DNA from: the human T2T-CHM13v2.0 reference genome, Homo sapiens | DNA: 64,000 nt | Assembly (NCBI RefSeq): GCF_009914755.1 | Contig: NC_060926.1 | Direction: 5' to 3' (one strand) | In this document: positions 1 to 12,550 of the stretch, in pieces | Layout of the letters: every line of letters starts with the position of its first letter | How positions within the stretch are numbered: the stretch's first letter is position 1 | Made by a program: the position numbers and the translations under genes | The notes under the pieces: model-generated | The model's database searches: none | What the model was told of the DNA's origin: nothing | The model's input: the letters and a program-made list of their open reading frames with translations, nothing else

Positions 1-14
1 ACCTAGAGAAAAAT

Positions 15-422
15 TGTAGTAGGCTGAGGTGTTCTAACAAACCCCGAAACCTCTGTTGTCTATCACAATGAGAACTCAATGTTCACTCGTGAAAGACCAC
101 TGTGATAGCAGGGGTGTGGATGTGGGGGTGGGGTGAGATTTTCTGTTCCACACAGTCACTCAGGGACCCAGGCTTCTTATATATTATGGCAACTCTATGT
201 TCAGTATGTAGACTCCAAATGTTCCACAGGAGCAGTAAGTGGAAGGTTGCATGTGGGAGATTTTTATAGGTGAGACCTGGAAATGGTATACAATTTTATA
301 TCACATTCCAGTGTCATAACAGATGCAATCTAACTTAAAGCATTCTGGGAAATGTAGTTTAGCTGTGTGCCCAGAGAACAGAAGAGAGACATGGATATTG
401 GAAGGGACAGCATCCTCTGCCA
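15..422 (-). mobile_element. MaLR LTR (MLT1K/L-like), degenerate
   Basis: MLT1 antisense motifs cacagtcactcagggacccaggct and tgggaaatgtagtttagctgtgtgcccag. Confidence 0.7.
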
Positions 423-504
423 TTCTGCTCAGTAAATGGGTGCAGAATGAATACAATGGAAGGCTCTTTTTAATCTGAAGCCATTGTGGTGAATGGAGGA
501 ACAA

Positions 505-700
505 AGAAAATAGTTTTTGAATCCAAAAATCTTGGTTTCAGACTATAGCAATGAAAGCCAATTAGTAGCTCTGTGACCATGGCAGGTACCTAAAACTCTC
601 TAAACCTCAAGTTCTTCATCTGTAAATGAAGTTGGTATGGGGATTAACTGAGAAATACATGAAAAGCATCTGGAGCATAGGAGGAGCTATTTAATAATCA
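505..700 (+). mobile_element. MIR SINE
   Basis: Core tagctctgtgaccatggcaggtacctaaaactctctaaacctcaagttcttcatctgtaaatg. Confidence 0.75.
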
Positions 701-704
701 TCCT

Positions 705-820
705 CATTTCATTCAAATCAATATTTTTAAGAATCTGCAATGTGCTAGAGCAGTGTGCTAAGCATTCGGAATAGAAAGACCTATTAAAGGCATCCCTCAC
801 CTTTAGGAAATCAGAGACCA
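705..820 (-). mobile_element. L2 3' end fragment
   Basis: cattcaaatcaatatttttaagaatctgcaatgtgctagagcagtgtgctaagc resembles the antisense L2 terminus. Confidence 0.6.
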
Positions 821-899
821 ATTGTTAGGTCACAATTGTAGATAAGAAAATGAACATTTAAAACACACTGTGATAAACAGGCTTTTTATTATACAGGGT

Positions 900-1385
900 A
901 GCAAAATACCCAATAAACATGAAAAATGACTCAAATCATGAATCACTTTTACGTATGTATAGGAACCCATCATGGTTGTAAGTTGGGTAAAATTAAAGAT
1001 ACGAACAATACAAAGTGTTGGCAAGTTTATGAAGCAACTGTGACTCTCTTGCCTAGCTGGAGGAGTGGAAATTGGTCCAATCACATTGAAAAAATATTTT
1101 AAAGTACTTACTAAATCTTAACATACACATATCCTGCAACCTAGCAATCGCATTCCTAGACATATGCCCAACAGAAATGAGTGCTTATGTTCACCATAAT
1201 ATACAAGAACAGCCTCTTTATGCATAGAAGTGCTAAACTGGAAAGAAACCAAATTAGCTGGGAAGAAGCCTGAATGAATTTTCTGGGGTGATGAAAGTGT
1301 TCCTTATCTTCATATGGATGCCAGTTACACCTAAACAGTTAAGAGCTGTATGTTTCAATGTATATAAATGATGGTTTAATAATAA
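900..1385 (+). mobile_element. Ancient L1M (L1ME-like) 3' fragment
   Basis: aatacaaagtgttggcaag, acctagcaatcgcattcctagacatatgcccaacagaaatg and ttttctggggtgatgaaagtgttccttatctt. Confidence 0.7.
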
Positions 1386-3464
1386 CAGTAATAACAATAA
1401 TGTCAACAATATTAAAAAATACATTTTAAAACAGGTGCTTCCAAATTGGCAGTTACAAGAGTCTCTTATCATATTTCAGTTGTAGTTTTTGATGATGACT
1501 CCTATATCCTAGGATATGCCACAGCTCCCCCTGCACCCAAAGAAAGTTTACCAATGACACACACCATCTCAATAATTCTCTCCACATTATTAACGTTATT
1601 TGTATTAAAAACTCATCCTCAGTTTTGGCATTAAGGTGATCCAGCTATTTCATGGCTGTTCTGCATACTAATCAGGTTACAGTTCGAAACAGACACAAAC
1701 ATACCCTCCATTTTGGACAAGAACCCAGACAGCTATTTTGTTTCTCTGCTTGCCAAACAAAATTCACTATATAAATTAACCTTCTTCATTAAAAAAAGGA
1801 TAATCTTCACCTCGGTGATAAAACATACCAAGTAGGGAAGAAAATATTTTATTGCAAATCTGACTTAAAATAAGAGGTAATAAAACCAATTTCTTCTAAG
1901 TCTTCCAAAGCACTGTCTTTTAAAGACTATATCTTGTTCCCTAATTATAAGGTAATTCACGAATATAGTAAAAATATTTGGAAATATAAAACAGAAAGAC
2001 TATATATAACATATATGAAATATATGTTCTCTTTTAAAAGCTATTTAGACTAAAAAATTACAAAGTAAAGAATAAAAATTAGAAAAAATTTCAAAATCAC
2101 TCACAATTTCCCCAAGCAAATAAAGTAAGCATTATAAATATAATGCCATAGGAGAATTGCTTATTGCTTTGGTTTTCCAGGTGTTAGGTCTCTGCATCTG
2201 TGAATAGAAGAATGGAATGGGGAGTGTCTTCCCATCTGGCTCCATTTGCAATATAAATATTATAATTTTTCTTTGATTACATTATTTTCCAATTTTTGTT
2301 TATCCTAAATTTACATATTTTGCTAGTTCTATATTTTCATTTGCATATACTTACAATTGTATTTTAATGATAGTTGGAAGAGGCTACTCACCCCTTTAAA
2401 TCAGAAATCTATTATTTTTAGGATGGGGAATGCCAATGAATTGATAGTGAGTAAGATCTACTGCCAAAGAGTGTAAGGGTTTCCATAAAGTGTGGGTTGT
2501 TAAGGACGCTAGATGCAATTTTTGGCAGAAAAGGCCAAAGTAAAAAATTTCTAAAGGCAAAGAAAAACATGGAGAAAATTGTCCTATAATCATTATACAA
2601 TAACAGATTCCTCTGTTGGCCACCTCGCAGATTCCTGTGTGAAAAGAGGAGGTAGAGTTGGCCTGCCCATTTAGTCTCATTGGAATCATTCCTCTTTTCT
2701 ACTTGGTGACATTTGCTTCAGATCATTAGCAACCAAGAAAGCAGTATGTAAGCTGGCAGAAAAATTGAAATGGACACTGTGGTGTATTTTTCCCCCTAAA
2801 GATCAAGGTTCAGATACTCAGGGATGTAAAATAGACAAAAAAGCAGTCACCTATGGAAAATATGATGTGAACTTTATCCCAATAATGTAATATTATTTGG
2901 TATAGAAATCATCTCCTTCACCTTCAAGAGGAAAGCTTTGAATATAATTTACCTGACTTCTGTGGCTCTTGGTGATAGTTTCTCATGGAGAGGCTTGTAG
3001 GTTGGTCTCTGCTAAATGTGCCACTTTTATGGAATCATAAATGGTGCTTTTCTTGAAGAAGGACTAATTTAATCAGAAATAGAATTCTAAACCTCTTAAT
3101 ATTCTATAGGGCTCTTATAAAGTTTGACATTGTAAAATCTGAAATAGCTCACAGAAAATAAAAAAAAAAATACTTAGGATTTCAGATAAGAAATGCAACA
3201 TCTTTATACTTGGGAGAGGGAGAAACCTAGCAGTAGAGCATTGGACAAAATGCCCTATCTCATGCACATCTTGTCTAACCCTGGTTACATCGAATTCTCT
3301 ACCTACTCTACACTTGCTTCCTAGCAAGATGAGCAGTGGAACTTCCTAAGCAGTTGGACATGGCTAGAGGAAAACCACACAGCCTTATTAACTGGCATCA
3401 CTTCATTTTTAAGACTGTAAACTTGAAGTTGTCCCATTGTTAGGCTATCCTCATGATACCAGCT

Positions 3465-3674
3465 GACACTTCAAAGTGCCAGGCTCTGTTTTGAACTCCC
3501 AAGCAACTCTATGGTGTAAGTACCATTATTATCTCAGTTTTACAGATCACAAAACTAAGGCACTTAGCTGGATGTTACTTGAGGCCATGATCATAAGTGA
3601 CCCAGCCAAGACTGGATCGCAGACACTCTGGCCCAACAGTCTGTGACTAGTAAGTAGCACATTATACTGCCTCT
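3465..3674 (-). mobile_element. MIR SINE
   Basis: attattatctcagttttacagatcacaaaactaaggcac core; ends in attatactgcctct. Confidence 0.75.
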
Positions 3675-4056
3675 GTCGTCATCTCTCATGTTTCTAGTAA
3701 ACTTGGTTCTCCACTGTTAGAGACCAATATTTACACACATACTTTCTCTTAAAACCTACAAGAATCATTCCCTTTTCTTCATTCTTAATTGATGACCTTG
3801 GTTTTATTTCCCTGAAAAAATAAATTATTCAGAAAAGGACACATTCATCTTTCCATCTACCAAGCTCCACGAATTTCTATCCATACACCCTACTCTCTTT
3901 CCTGACACAGTGGGTAGGGTAAAACATCCTTATTCAGATAAGGCTGCTGGAAACTGTTCCTCCAAAGTGTACTGATTTCCATTCCCTCTTGTCTGCTCTG
4001 GAATTTGGCTCTTACATCAAATTTATTCTTTCTATTGGATAATTCCTATCAGCTTA

Positions 4057-4450
4057 TGTAGTAGAGGCAGTGATGCTACAAAAGATTTTCTTTGCTATCC
4101 TACATTTCCCATGGCCTTTGCAGTTACGCAGGTCATGTGACTAGTTTTGACCAATTAGATGTGCATCACTTGCAGGCTAAGAGTGAAAATCCCATTCATT
4201 CTTTTCTAGTGTTTCTCTTCTGCTGCAGCAATGAGGTGTCTCCATATTTGAGATACGGAGCAGATATATGACAGATACAAAACAACAGAGCCTCAATCAG
4301 ACTGTGAACTCGAGAAACTAGGGAGCATAGCCTTCAGCCAACCCTCCTTGAATATATAGCATAAGTGAAAAATAAACCTTTGTTGTAGACCACTGAGATT
4401 TATGGTCCAATTTGTTACTGCAGCATAATTTAGCCTATCCTGACCACTAA
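4057..4450 (+). mobile_element. MaLR solo LTR (MLT1I/J-like) nested in L2
   Basis: ctacatttcccatggcctttgcagttacgcaggtcatgtgactagttt; aataaacctttgttg; ttgttactgcagcataatttagcctatcctgac. Confidence 0.8.
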
Positions 4451-5848
4451 AGCATGTAAACACATTGTGAAAAAAAAATCTTGATCCTATATCTCCTCCA
4501 GCTATCTTCAATTTTTTCTTCTATGTTTAGAAAAAAAAAGAAATGAGTGCATTTTCTATATTCACTCTTCACTTTCTCACCTTCCATTTTCTTTTAACTC
4601 TATAATCAGGCTTTTATCCTCACTCATCACTCTTATCAGTGTCACCAGTGCTTTTATTGCAGTAAATTCATCAGTCAGTTCTATGTCCTTGTATTACTCA
4701 AACATTCAGAAAGCTCAGAATACTCTCTTTACTTTATTCTCTGTGAAGTTTATTTTTTGCACAGATGGCTCCTCTTCAGTTCTGTTTGCTGGTTTCTTTT
4801 TCTATATCCTTCTTTGAATATTGTCCTGCCCCCATTCTTGGTCCTTTGCCCTGTTCTCTCTCTGCCTCCCTCAGCAATCTGCCATTTCCGTGATCTCATA
4901 TAGAATCTACATGTTGATAATGTCCCAATTTGTATTCCCCATCCAGACCTCTTCCAGACTCCAGACTCATCTCTAACTTACTGTTAGTAGTACTAGCAGT
5001 AGTTCACAGGTGCTTAAAACATAACTTGTTCATATCCACATTTTTTTCCACCTCAAATCCCTAAAAGGTCTCTCTCACTATCTTCTTCATCTCAGCCACC
5101 AACATTCTACTTGCTGAAGCTCAATCAGGGCCTGTGCTTAAAGGAAGGTAGTACACTGCTCTTCTAGATGCCTAGATATTGAAATGATTCATTCCATAAT
5201 CTCAAATCTTTCTCTCACCTCAACAGCCCCACATCCAGGTCACTAGAAAGCCCTACTGGGTTTACTCTCAAAATATATCCAAGTCCCGTTACTTTTGTTC
5301 ACTTTTTCAAATATCACACTTCTCTGAGATAACCATCTCCTTCACAGACTTTAGATATTATCTCAAAACTGTCTGTGTTGCTTCTACTCTTGCCACTCAA
5401 TAGTTTATTCTCCACACAGTCACCAGAGAGCTCCTTCAAACTACACCTCAGATTCTGTCCCTTCCCCTGCAACACTCTACCACAGTTTCCCATTGCATGG
5501 GGGAGGACAGCCCAGCTCTTTGCTGTGGGCTCCCTTGTTCTCTGTGGCTCTCCAACCTAACTCCTGCTTTGCTCCTCCTCACTCCTTCCACTTCAACCAC
5601 ACTAGTTCCTTAAAGTTTTTACAATACCATGAGCTCATTTTCTGCTCCCAGGCCCTTACACCTGCCATCCCCTTCCTTTTGAACACTTCTTTGTCAGAAC
5701 TTTATACAGCTTGCTCTTTCATATCTTCAGGTCTCTTCTCAAATATCACCTCAGGAAAGCCTCTCCTGACATCTAAAGCAGTCTTACCACTTCCTACATT
5801 GCACCTCCTTTAATTTCTTGGTAACATCATGATATGCAAGTATATTTT

Positions 5849-6142
5849 GGGGGGTTTTTTGAGACAGAGTTTCACTCTGTTGCCCAAGCTTGAGTGCAGT
5901 GGTGCAGTCTCGGCTCACTGCAACCTCCACCTCCTGTGTTCAAGCCATTCTCACCCCTCAGCCTCCTAAGTAGCTAGGATTACAGGTGTGTGCCATCACA
6001 CCCAGCTAATTTTTGTATTTTTATTAGAGATGGAGTTTTGCCATGTTGGCCAGGCTGGCCTTGAACCTCTGACCTCAAGTGATCTGCCCGCCTTGGCCTC
6101 ACGAAGTCCTGGGATTATAGGTGTAAGCCACCATACCCAGCC
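5849..6142 (-). mobile_element. Alu (AluSz/Sx-like), full length
   Basis: Complete antisense Alu; TSD tg(c/a)aagtatatttt at 5835-5848 and 6143-6156. Confidence 0.97.
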
Positions 6143-6699
6143 TGAAAGTATATTTTTGCATATCCTTCTTTGCCTAACTATTCGGTTTTTGTCTTCCCTA
6201 CAATAACTTAAATATAAGGAGTTGTCTTGTTTGTCCCTGGATTTCTAGTGCTCTGAATAGAACCTAGCATCTAGTACATGTTCCATGTCTCTCTGTTGAA
6301 TAAATGAATGATCAACCATACATCCAACTTTGTATATAGTACCTTTGAAATGGTATCATTTTTCTTCAGATTTTAATTCCCAAAGAAAGGGAAAGAGTCA
6401 AGCAAAAAATCTCCCTGATATAGAAAAGATCACAAATCATCCCTATCTGAGCAGAGACCAAGTCTACAAGTAGTTCACAAATTGTCTGGGTTTTGGTCAA
6501 TTTATTTTTTTTTAATTATACTTTAAGTTCTGGGATACATGTGCAGAATGTGCAGGTTTGTTACATAGGTATACATGTGCTATGGTGGTTTGCTGCACCT
6601 ATCAACCCATCATCTACATTAGGTATTTCTCGTAATGCTATCCCTTCCCTATTCTCCTGCCCCCTACAGGCCCCGGTGTGTGATGTTGCCCTCCCTATG

Positions 6700-7169
6700 A
6701 CCAGTGGGGTGTTAAAGTCTCCCACTATTATTGTGTGGGAGTCTAAGTCTCTCTTTATAGGTCTCTAAGAACTTGCTTTATGAATCTGGGTGCTCCTGTA
6801 TTGGGTGCATATATATTTAGGATAGTTAGCTCTTCCTGTTGTGTTAATCCCTTTACCATTATGTAATGCCCTTCTTTGTCTTTTTTGATCTTTGTTGGTT
6901 TAAAGTCTGTTTTATCAGAGACAAGGATTGCAACCCCTGTTCTTTTTTTTTTTTTTTTTTTTTTGCTTTCCATTTGCTTGATAAATAGTCCTTCATCCCT
7001 TTATTTTGAGCCCATGTGTGTCTTTCCACATGAGATGGGTCTCCTGAATACAGGACACAGATGGGTCTTGACTCTTTATCCAATTTGCCAGTCTGTGTCT
7101 TTTAATTGGAACATTTAGCCTGTTTACATTTAAGTTTAATATTGTTACGTGTGAATTTGGTCCTGTCAT
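6700..7169 (-). pseudogene. L1 ORF2 remnant, endonuclease domain only, frameshifted
   Basis: ORF track 6755..6973 gives GVAILVSDKTDFKPTKIKKDKEGHYIMVKG...LNIYAPNTGAPRFIKQVLRDL; ORF2 ATG at 7169 (minus). Confidence 0.92.
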
Positions 7170-7232
7170 TGTGATGCTAGCTGGTTATTTTGCCTGTTAG
7201 TTGATGCAGTTTCTTCATAGTGTCGATGGTCT

Positions 7233-8260
7233 TTATAATTTGGTATGTTTTTGTTATGGCTGGTACCAGTTTTTCCTTTCTATATTTAGTGCTTCCTTCA
7301 GGAGCTCTTGTAAGGCAGGCCTGGTGGTGACAAAATCCCTCAGCATTTGCTTGTCTGTAAAGGATTTTATTTCTCCTTAGCTTATGAAGCTTAGTTTGGC
7401 TGGATATGGAATTCTGGGTTGAAAATTCTTTTCTTTAAGAATGTTGAATATTGGCCCCCACTATTTTCTGGCTTGTAGGGTTTCTGCTGAGAGATCCTCT
7501 GTTAGTCTGATGGGCTTCCCTTTGTAGGTAACCCGACCTTTCTTTCTGGCTGCTCTTAACATTTTTTCCTTCATTTCAACCTTGGTGAATCTGATGATTA
7601 TGTGTCTTGGGGTTGCTCTTCTCAAGGAGTATCTTTGTGGTGTTCTCTGTATTTCCAGAATTTGAATGTTGACCTGTCTTGCTAGGTTGGGGAAGTTCTC
7701 CTGGATAATATCCTGGAGAATGTTTTCCAACTTGGTTCCATTCTCCCTGTCACTTTTAGATACACCAATCAAACGTAGGTTTGGTCTTTTCACATAGTCC
7801 CATGTTTCTTGGAGGCTTTGTTCATTCCTTTTTGTTCTTTTTTCTCTTGTCTTCATGCTTTATTTCATTAAGTTGATCTTCAATCTTTGATATCCTTTCT
7901 TCGACTTGATTGATTCGACTATTGACACTTGTGTATGCTTCACGAAGTTTTCGTGCTGTGTTTTTTAGCTCCATCAGGTCATCTATGTTCTTCTCTAAAC
8001 TGGTTATTCTAGTTAGCAATTCCTCTAACCTTTTTTCAAGGTTCTTAGCTTCCCTGCATTGGGTTAGATAGAACATGCTCCTTTAGCTGGGAGTAGTTTG
8101 TTATTATCCACCTTCTGAAGCCTACTTCTGTCAATTCATCAAACTCATTTGCCGTCCAGTTGTGTTCCCTTGCTGGCGAGGAGTTGTGATCCTTTGGAGG
8201 AGAACAGGTGTTCTGGTTTTTGGAATTTTCAGCCTTTTGATGCTGATTTTTTTTCCTCAC
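7233..8260 (-). pseudogene. L1 ORF1p remnant, broken into several frames
   Basis: ORF track fragments KAENSKNQ...NEFDELTEVGFRRW, LEKNIDDLMELKNTARKLRE and RNEQSLQETWDYVKRPNLRLIGV...KGKPIRLTEDLSAETLQAR; start codon reads GTG. Confidence 0.93.
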
Positions 8261-9879
8261 CTTCGTGGATTTATCTACCTTTGGTCTTTGATGTTGGTGA
8301 CCTTCAAATGGGGTTTTGTTGTGGACATCGTTTTTGTTGATGTTGACGCTATTCCTTTCTGTTTGTTAGTTTCCCTACTAACAGGCCCCTCTGCTGCAGG
8401 TCTGCTGAAGTTTTCTGGAGGTCAATTCCAGACCCTGTTTGTCTGCATGTTACCAGCAGAGGCTGCAGAACAGCAAAGATTGCTGCCTGTTCCTTCCTCT
8501 GGAAGCTTCGTCACAGAGGGGAAGCTGCCAGATGCCAGCCAGACCTCTCCTGTATGAGGTATCTTTTGACCTCTGCTGGGAGGTGTCTCCCAGTCAGGAG
8601 GCATAGGGGTCAGGGACCCACTTGAGGAGGCAGTCTGTCCCTTAGCAGAGCTTGAGTGCTGTGCTGGGAGATCCGCTGCTCTCTTCAGAACTGGTAGGCA
8701 GGAATGTTTAAGTCTGCTGAAGCTGCTCCCACAGCCACCTCTTCCCCCTGTTGCTCTATCCCAGGGAGATGGGAGTTTTATCTGTAAGCTCCTGACTGGG
8801 GCTGCTGCCTTTCTTTCAGAGATGCCCTGCCCAGAGAGGAGGAATCTAGAGAGGCAGTCTGGCTACAGCAACTTTGTGGTGCTGAGGTGGGCTCCACCCA
8901 GTCCAAACTTCCTGGTGGCTTTGTTTACGCTGTGAGGGGAAAGCTGCCTACTCAAGCCTCAGTAATGGTGGATGCCCCTCCCCACACCAAGCTCGACTGT
9001 CCCAGATAGACTTCAGACTGTGTGCTGGCAGTGAGAATTCCAACCAGTGGATTTTAGCATTCCAGGTACCACTAGGGTATGAGAAAAAAGTCCTGCAGCT
9101 AGCTGGGTGTCTGCCCAAATGGCCACCCAGTTTTGTGCTTGAAACCCAGGGCCCTGGTGGTGTAGGCACCCAAGGGAATCTCCTGGTCTGTGGGTTGTGA
9201 AGACCATGGGAAAAGTGTAGTATCTGGGCCGGAGTGTGCTGTACCTCACGGCACAGTCCCTCAGGGCTTCCCTTGGCTAGGGGAGGGAGTTCCCAACCCC
9301 TTGCACTTCCCGGGTGAAGCAACGCCCAACCGTGCTTTGGTTTCCCCTCCATGGGCTGCACGCACTGTCTAACCAGTCCCAGTGAGATGAGCCAGGTACT
9401 TCAGTTGGAAATGCAGAAGTCACCTGCCTTCTGCATTGATCTCTCCAGGAGCTGCAGACTGGAGCTGTTCCTATTCTGCCATCTTGCCAGCCACACTGTC
9501 AATTCATTTTGTAAAAGTCACCTCCTGAATGTGTAGGTTTTTGCAGTCACTGGATCAGCCATGCAGTCAATGCAATTCAGCCTCAGAAGGGGTAGAGATT
9601 GAGTGTTTTTAAACTTTTTTTTTTTTTACCTTCCCAACATGGGCAGTGTTTACTTTGAACAATTTCCAACACAGAAACCACAATTTATGAAAAGCTCTGA
9701 GGCATTAACCTTGTTGCATCCCCTTTCTTGCTGTCTGATTTTCTTTTCACCTTCAAGTACTTAAAAAGCACATTTGCCCTTGTTACTAGAAAAACTAATG
9801 TTGGGCAATTGATTAGAATCTTTACTAATCTTCGTGTTTCCTGAATTCATATTAACAAAAGAGTGAAAAACCAACGGCC

Positions 9880-10610
9880 TCATTTGAGGTCATTCCAAAT
9901 AAAGCCTCATCTTCATCTTCCCATTTGAGCACTCAGTTTAAGAGCAAAACTCATCACGGAGCAGAAAAAAGGGCAAGTTTTAGCTGTTAAGCTTCAGGCT
10001 GACTTGATCCGAAATAAATGCTTTGTAATCTCTCTTTAAACAAAAGCTTTAGCTTCTGTAATCCTCTTCTTTATCATTCCTATGGAGCCTCCTGAGGCTG
10101 AAACTGCTGTTCACGTCATTTTTATAAACAGCCTAGATCTCTGCCCACAAATTGCATTCCAAGGGTGATGGCAGTGGTGTCAACTTAGCTCAAGGCGCAA
10201 GTGTCATGAGTCATGTTTCCCTCCCTTTGGAGACACCTGCCCAAGCAAATCCCAAGCATCCTCTGCTTGTTTTCTCATTGCACAGACGTCCTGTTACTGA
10301 GCATCCATTCAGCCAAGAGCCCTAGCTCATTAAAGCATGACTAAGAGACTATTGTGTCTGTCTGCACCTTCTGTTCTTGAAAAGCCTTCCATTTGGTGTG
10401 TAAATACTCACTGTGACACATTGCATTCAGGGCTCCATCCAAAGCCTGGTGCCTTTGACAGGGTCCTTCAGTGCCTGTAAATTTCCACTGCCTTTCCTAA
10501 AGGAAACAGCAAGGAGGCTTAGGGTCCATGACATCAAACTGATGGTCTTAGGAATGATGATCTAACCAGAATTGAAATGGCTTACACTGGCTGAGTCACC
10601 ATGGACTTTC
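9880..10610. promoter_or_regulatory. Candidate enhancer (AP-1/TEAD/CRE/FOX motif cluster)
   Basis: Repeat-free; TGAGTCA at 10207 and 10592, TGACTAA at 10338, CATTCC/GGAATG at 9891, 10075, 10155 and 10551, CACGTCA at 10112, TATAAACA at 10123. Confidence 0.4.
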
Positions 10611-10999
10611 AAACAGGTATCTGAAGATACATGTTGATAAAAACCTTCATGTGGAGGCAATGAAAAGCTATACTTCAAATAAATGGCAAAAAATAAAAAT
10701 AAAAACATAGCTCTGTGCATAAATATTAGAGAGAACATGCACCATTTGCTGCACCTCTTATAGCAGAGCCATGTGTGCTCCTGCCTGAGTGCAACACACA
10801 TACACCATACACATAAGGACCCTTTCCCAATAGCTACCCTTCTACCTTCTCACAAGCTCAACTTCTAGCTATTTGTATGAGAAAAACAATCTCTGGGTAA
10901 ATCCTCATAAGACTGACTTGGACTTAGAACTTGGGTCAGACTCATTGCCAAAGTAGAAGCCATAGCTGGGAATAAAGAGATCTGGATTCTTAAGTAGTG

Positions 11000-11203
11000 C
11001 CTAGTTAATGAAAGGGGCATGGGCTATTGAATTAAACAGACCTTGATTTAAATCCCCCATATGTTATTTATTAATTGTGTTAATAAGCAAGTACCTTAAA
11101 GTTTGAGTCTCACTTTCCTCTTATATATAAGGCTTCCTGAAAGCATTAACAGTGATGTATATGAACTGGCCAATACAAAGTAAGACCTCAATAAATGGTG
11201 GGC
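11000..11203 (+). mobile_element. MIR SINE
   Basis: gcatgggctattgaattaaacagaccttgatttaaatccc...ctcactttcctc...ctcaataaatggt. Confidence 0.7.
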
Positions 11204-12389
11204 ACCTTCTTTTATATGCCAGCTTGTATTCTTATTGGACAAGGTATGCAACCTCTTTGGGCCCCAATTTCTTTCTGAAAGAATCAATTCTAGTGCTCAA
11301 AGATTCAGAACTTAGTGCTTACACTTTGGGAAGGAGGACTGATGTAAAGAATCAGGATTTTCTGGACAAGTTGATGAATCTCCTCCCTCTCTTTGGTGTC
11401 CCTGAATGAGTGATAGATGGATAAAAGTCCAGTGTCCACATATGCACAGATGCTAATAAAATGAGGTGGAATGATGGTAAGGCCTTAAAGTAGAAAGTAT
11501 GAAACCTCCACTCTTGTCTTGGCTTTCTCTCTTTCCCTTGCTTACTCACTCTATCTCCTTCTCTCTCTCCCTTTCTCCAAATGTCAAATGTAATCTCTGC
11601 CTTAAATTTCGTAAAATCATCAACACCCTTGTAAAACAACATACAAACATAAGTTATTATTATTAACTATGTAATCATTGTTGCAGACATACTTTTAAGT
11701 CAGTGTCTCCAATCTTCCTTGGCTGTAAACTACATTCAACTCTGTATTTTCCTAGAAAGAGGTACTTGAAGAAAAGATAATGCTCTTAGAGGGCGTTATT
11801 TAGCAAATACAGGGTAAAGGAATCATGTATTTTTTGCATTTGGGGAGTTTTCTGAAAGTTCTCTTTTCCACACCCATACTTGATTTGTATTAGACAATTT
11901 CATCTCTTACTCAGAAAAAAGGCAGGGTTTCACACTCTGCCTAATGTTGTAAAAGTTTCAAAAAAGCTTTAAAAAATGAGAGTAATTTTGTGAAGATTTT
12001 CTTGACTGCTGTTAGAAAAATTAACTTCCTACAAAGGAAACAAATGCAGCTGTACCCAAAATGGCATCATTTTAAAAACTGTGCATGTACAGGGACTCTC
12101 TTGATCCCTTATAATAGGTAAAGGATAATAGAATTGAAATGGGATTAATCAGTGTGTATATGTGTATTCTGTTTTGAGTTTATCCACTGGTATTTTTCAC
12201 TTTCTTTTTTTAAGGTTATCAATCTGTCCTAAAATTGCCTTCAAAAGACATGAATTTGTCTGGCTCAAACATTGGAATTTTCATTCTTTCTCCTACTGAT
12301 TTTAGTAACTACGGTAACAAACTGATGTCTTTGGCTGCCTTCAGTTCCTCACCTTATGGATATTTCCAAAAAAGGTGCTAACTTTGAGT

Positions 12390-12550
12390 TAGCAAGGTGC
12401 ATCTCTAGAGCAACTCTGATAGTAACTAATCATGGAGTAATATCCACTAATATTCCATATTCTATTGGTTAGAAGCAAGTCCCAGGTCCCACTCATGACA
12501 GGAGGCAGGGGGTATGAGGGTGGAGTCCACCTTAGAATCTGTCCATCACA
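12390..12550 (-). mobile_element. MaLR LTR fragment (MLT1F/G-like)
   Basis: ccatattctattggttagaagcaagtcccaggtccc...cttagaatctgtccatcaca. Confidence 0.65.

Larger units (their letters stand above)
3730..6311 (+). mobile_element. L2 LINE (L2a-like), fragmented; interrupted by an MLT1 LTR and an Alu
   Basis: C/T-rich degenerate L2 sequence (gatgaccttggttttatttccctgaaaaaata; caggcccttacacctgccatccc; ctcaggaaagcctctcctgac) ending in the L2 tail tgttgaataaatgaatga. Confidence 0.7.
6509..9497 (-). mobile_element. L1PA7-like LINE-1 with intact 5' and 3' ends but a large internal deletion
   Basis: poly(T) and 3'UTR from ~6509 to ~6700, ORF2 5' part, ORF1, then 5'UTR ending gccatcttgccagccacac; 13-bp TSD gtcaatt(t/c)atttt at 6496-6508 and 9498-9510. 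Confidence 0.95.

Noticed and set aside
1-30. Minus-strand acceptor-like ttttttctctag| at the window edge
   Set aside because: Any exon would lie outside the window and cannot be evaluated.
5125-5190. Possible MER45-like hAT fragment
   Set aside because: Similarity too short and weak to support without an alignment.
6690-6710. L1 deletion as a spliced integrated retrotransposed element
   Set aside because: As far as I recall the consensus, the 3' side of the junction is not preceded by an AG acceptor; microhomology fits better.
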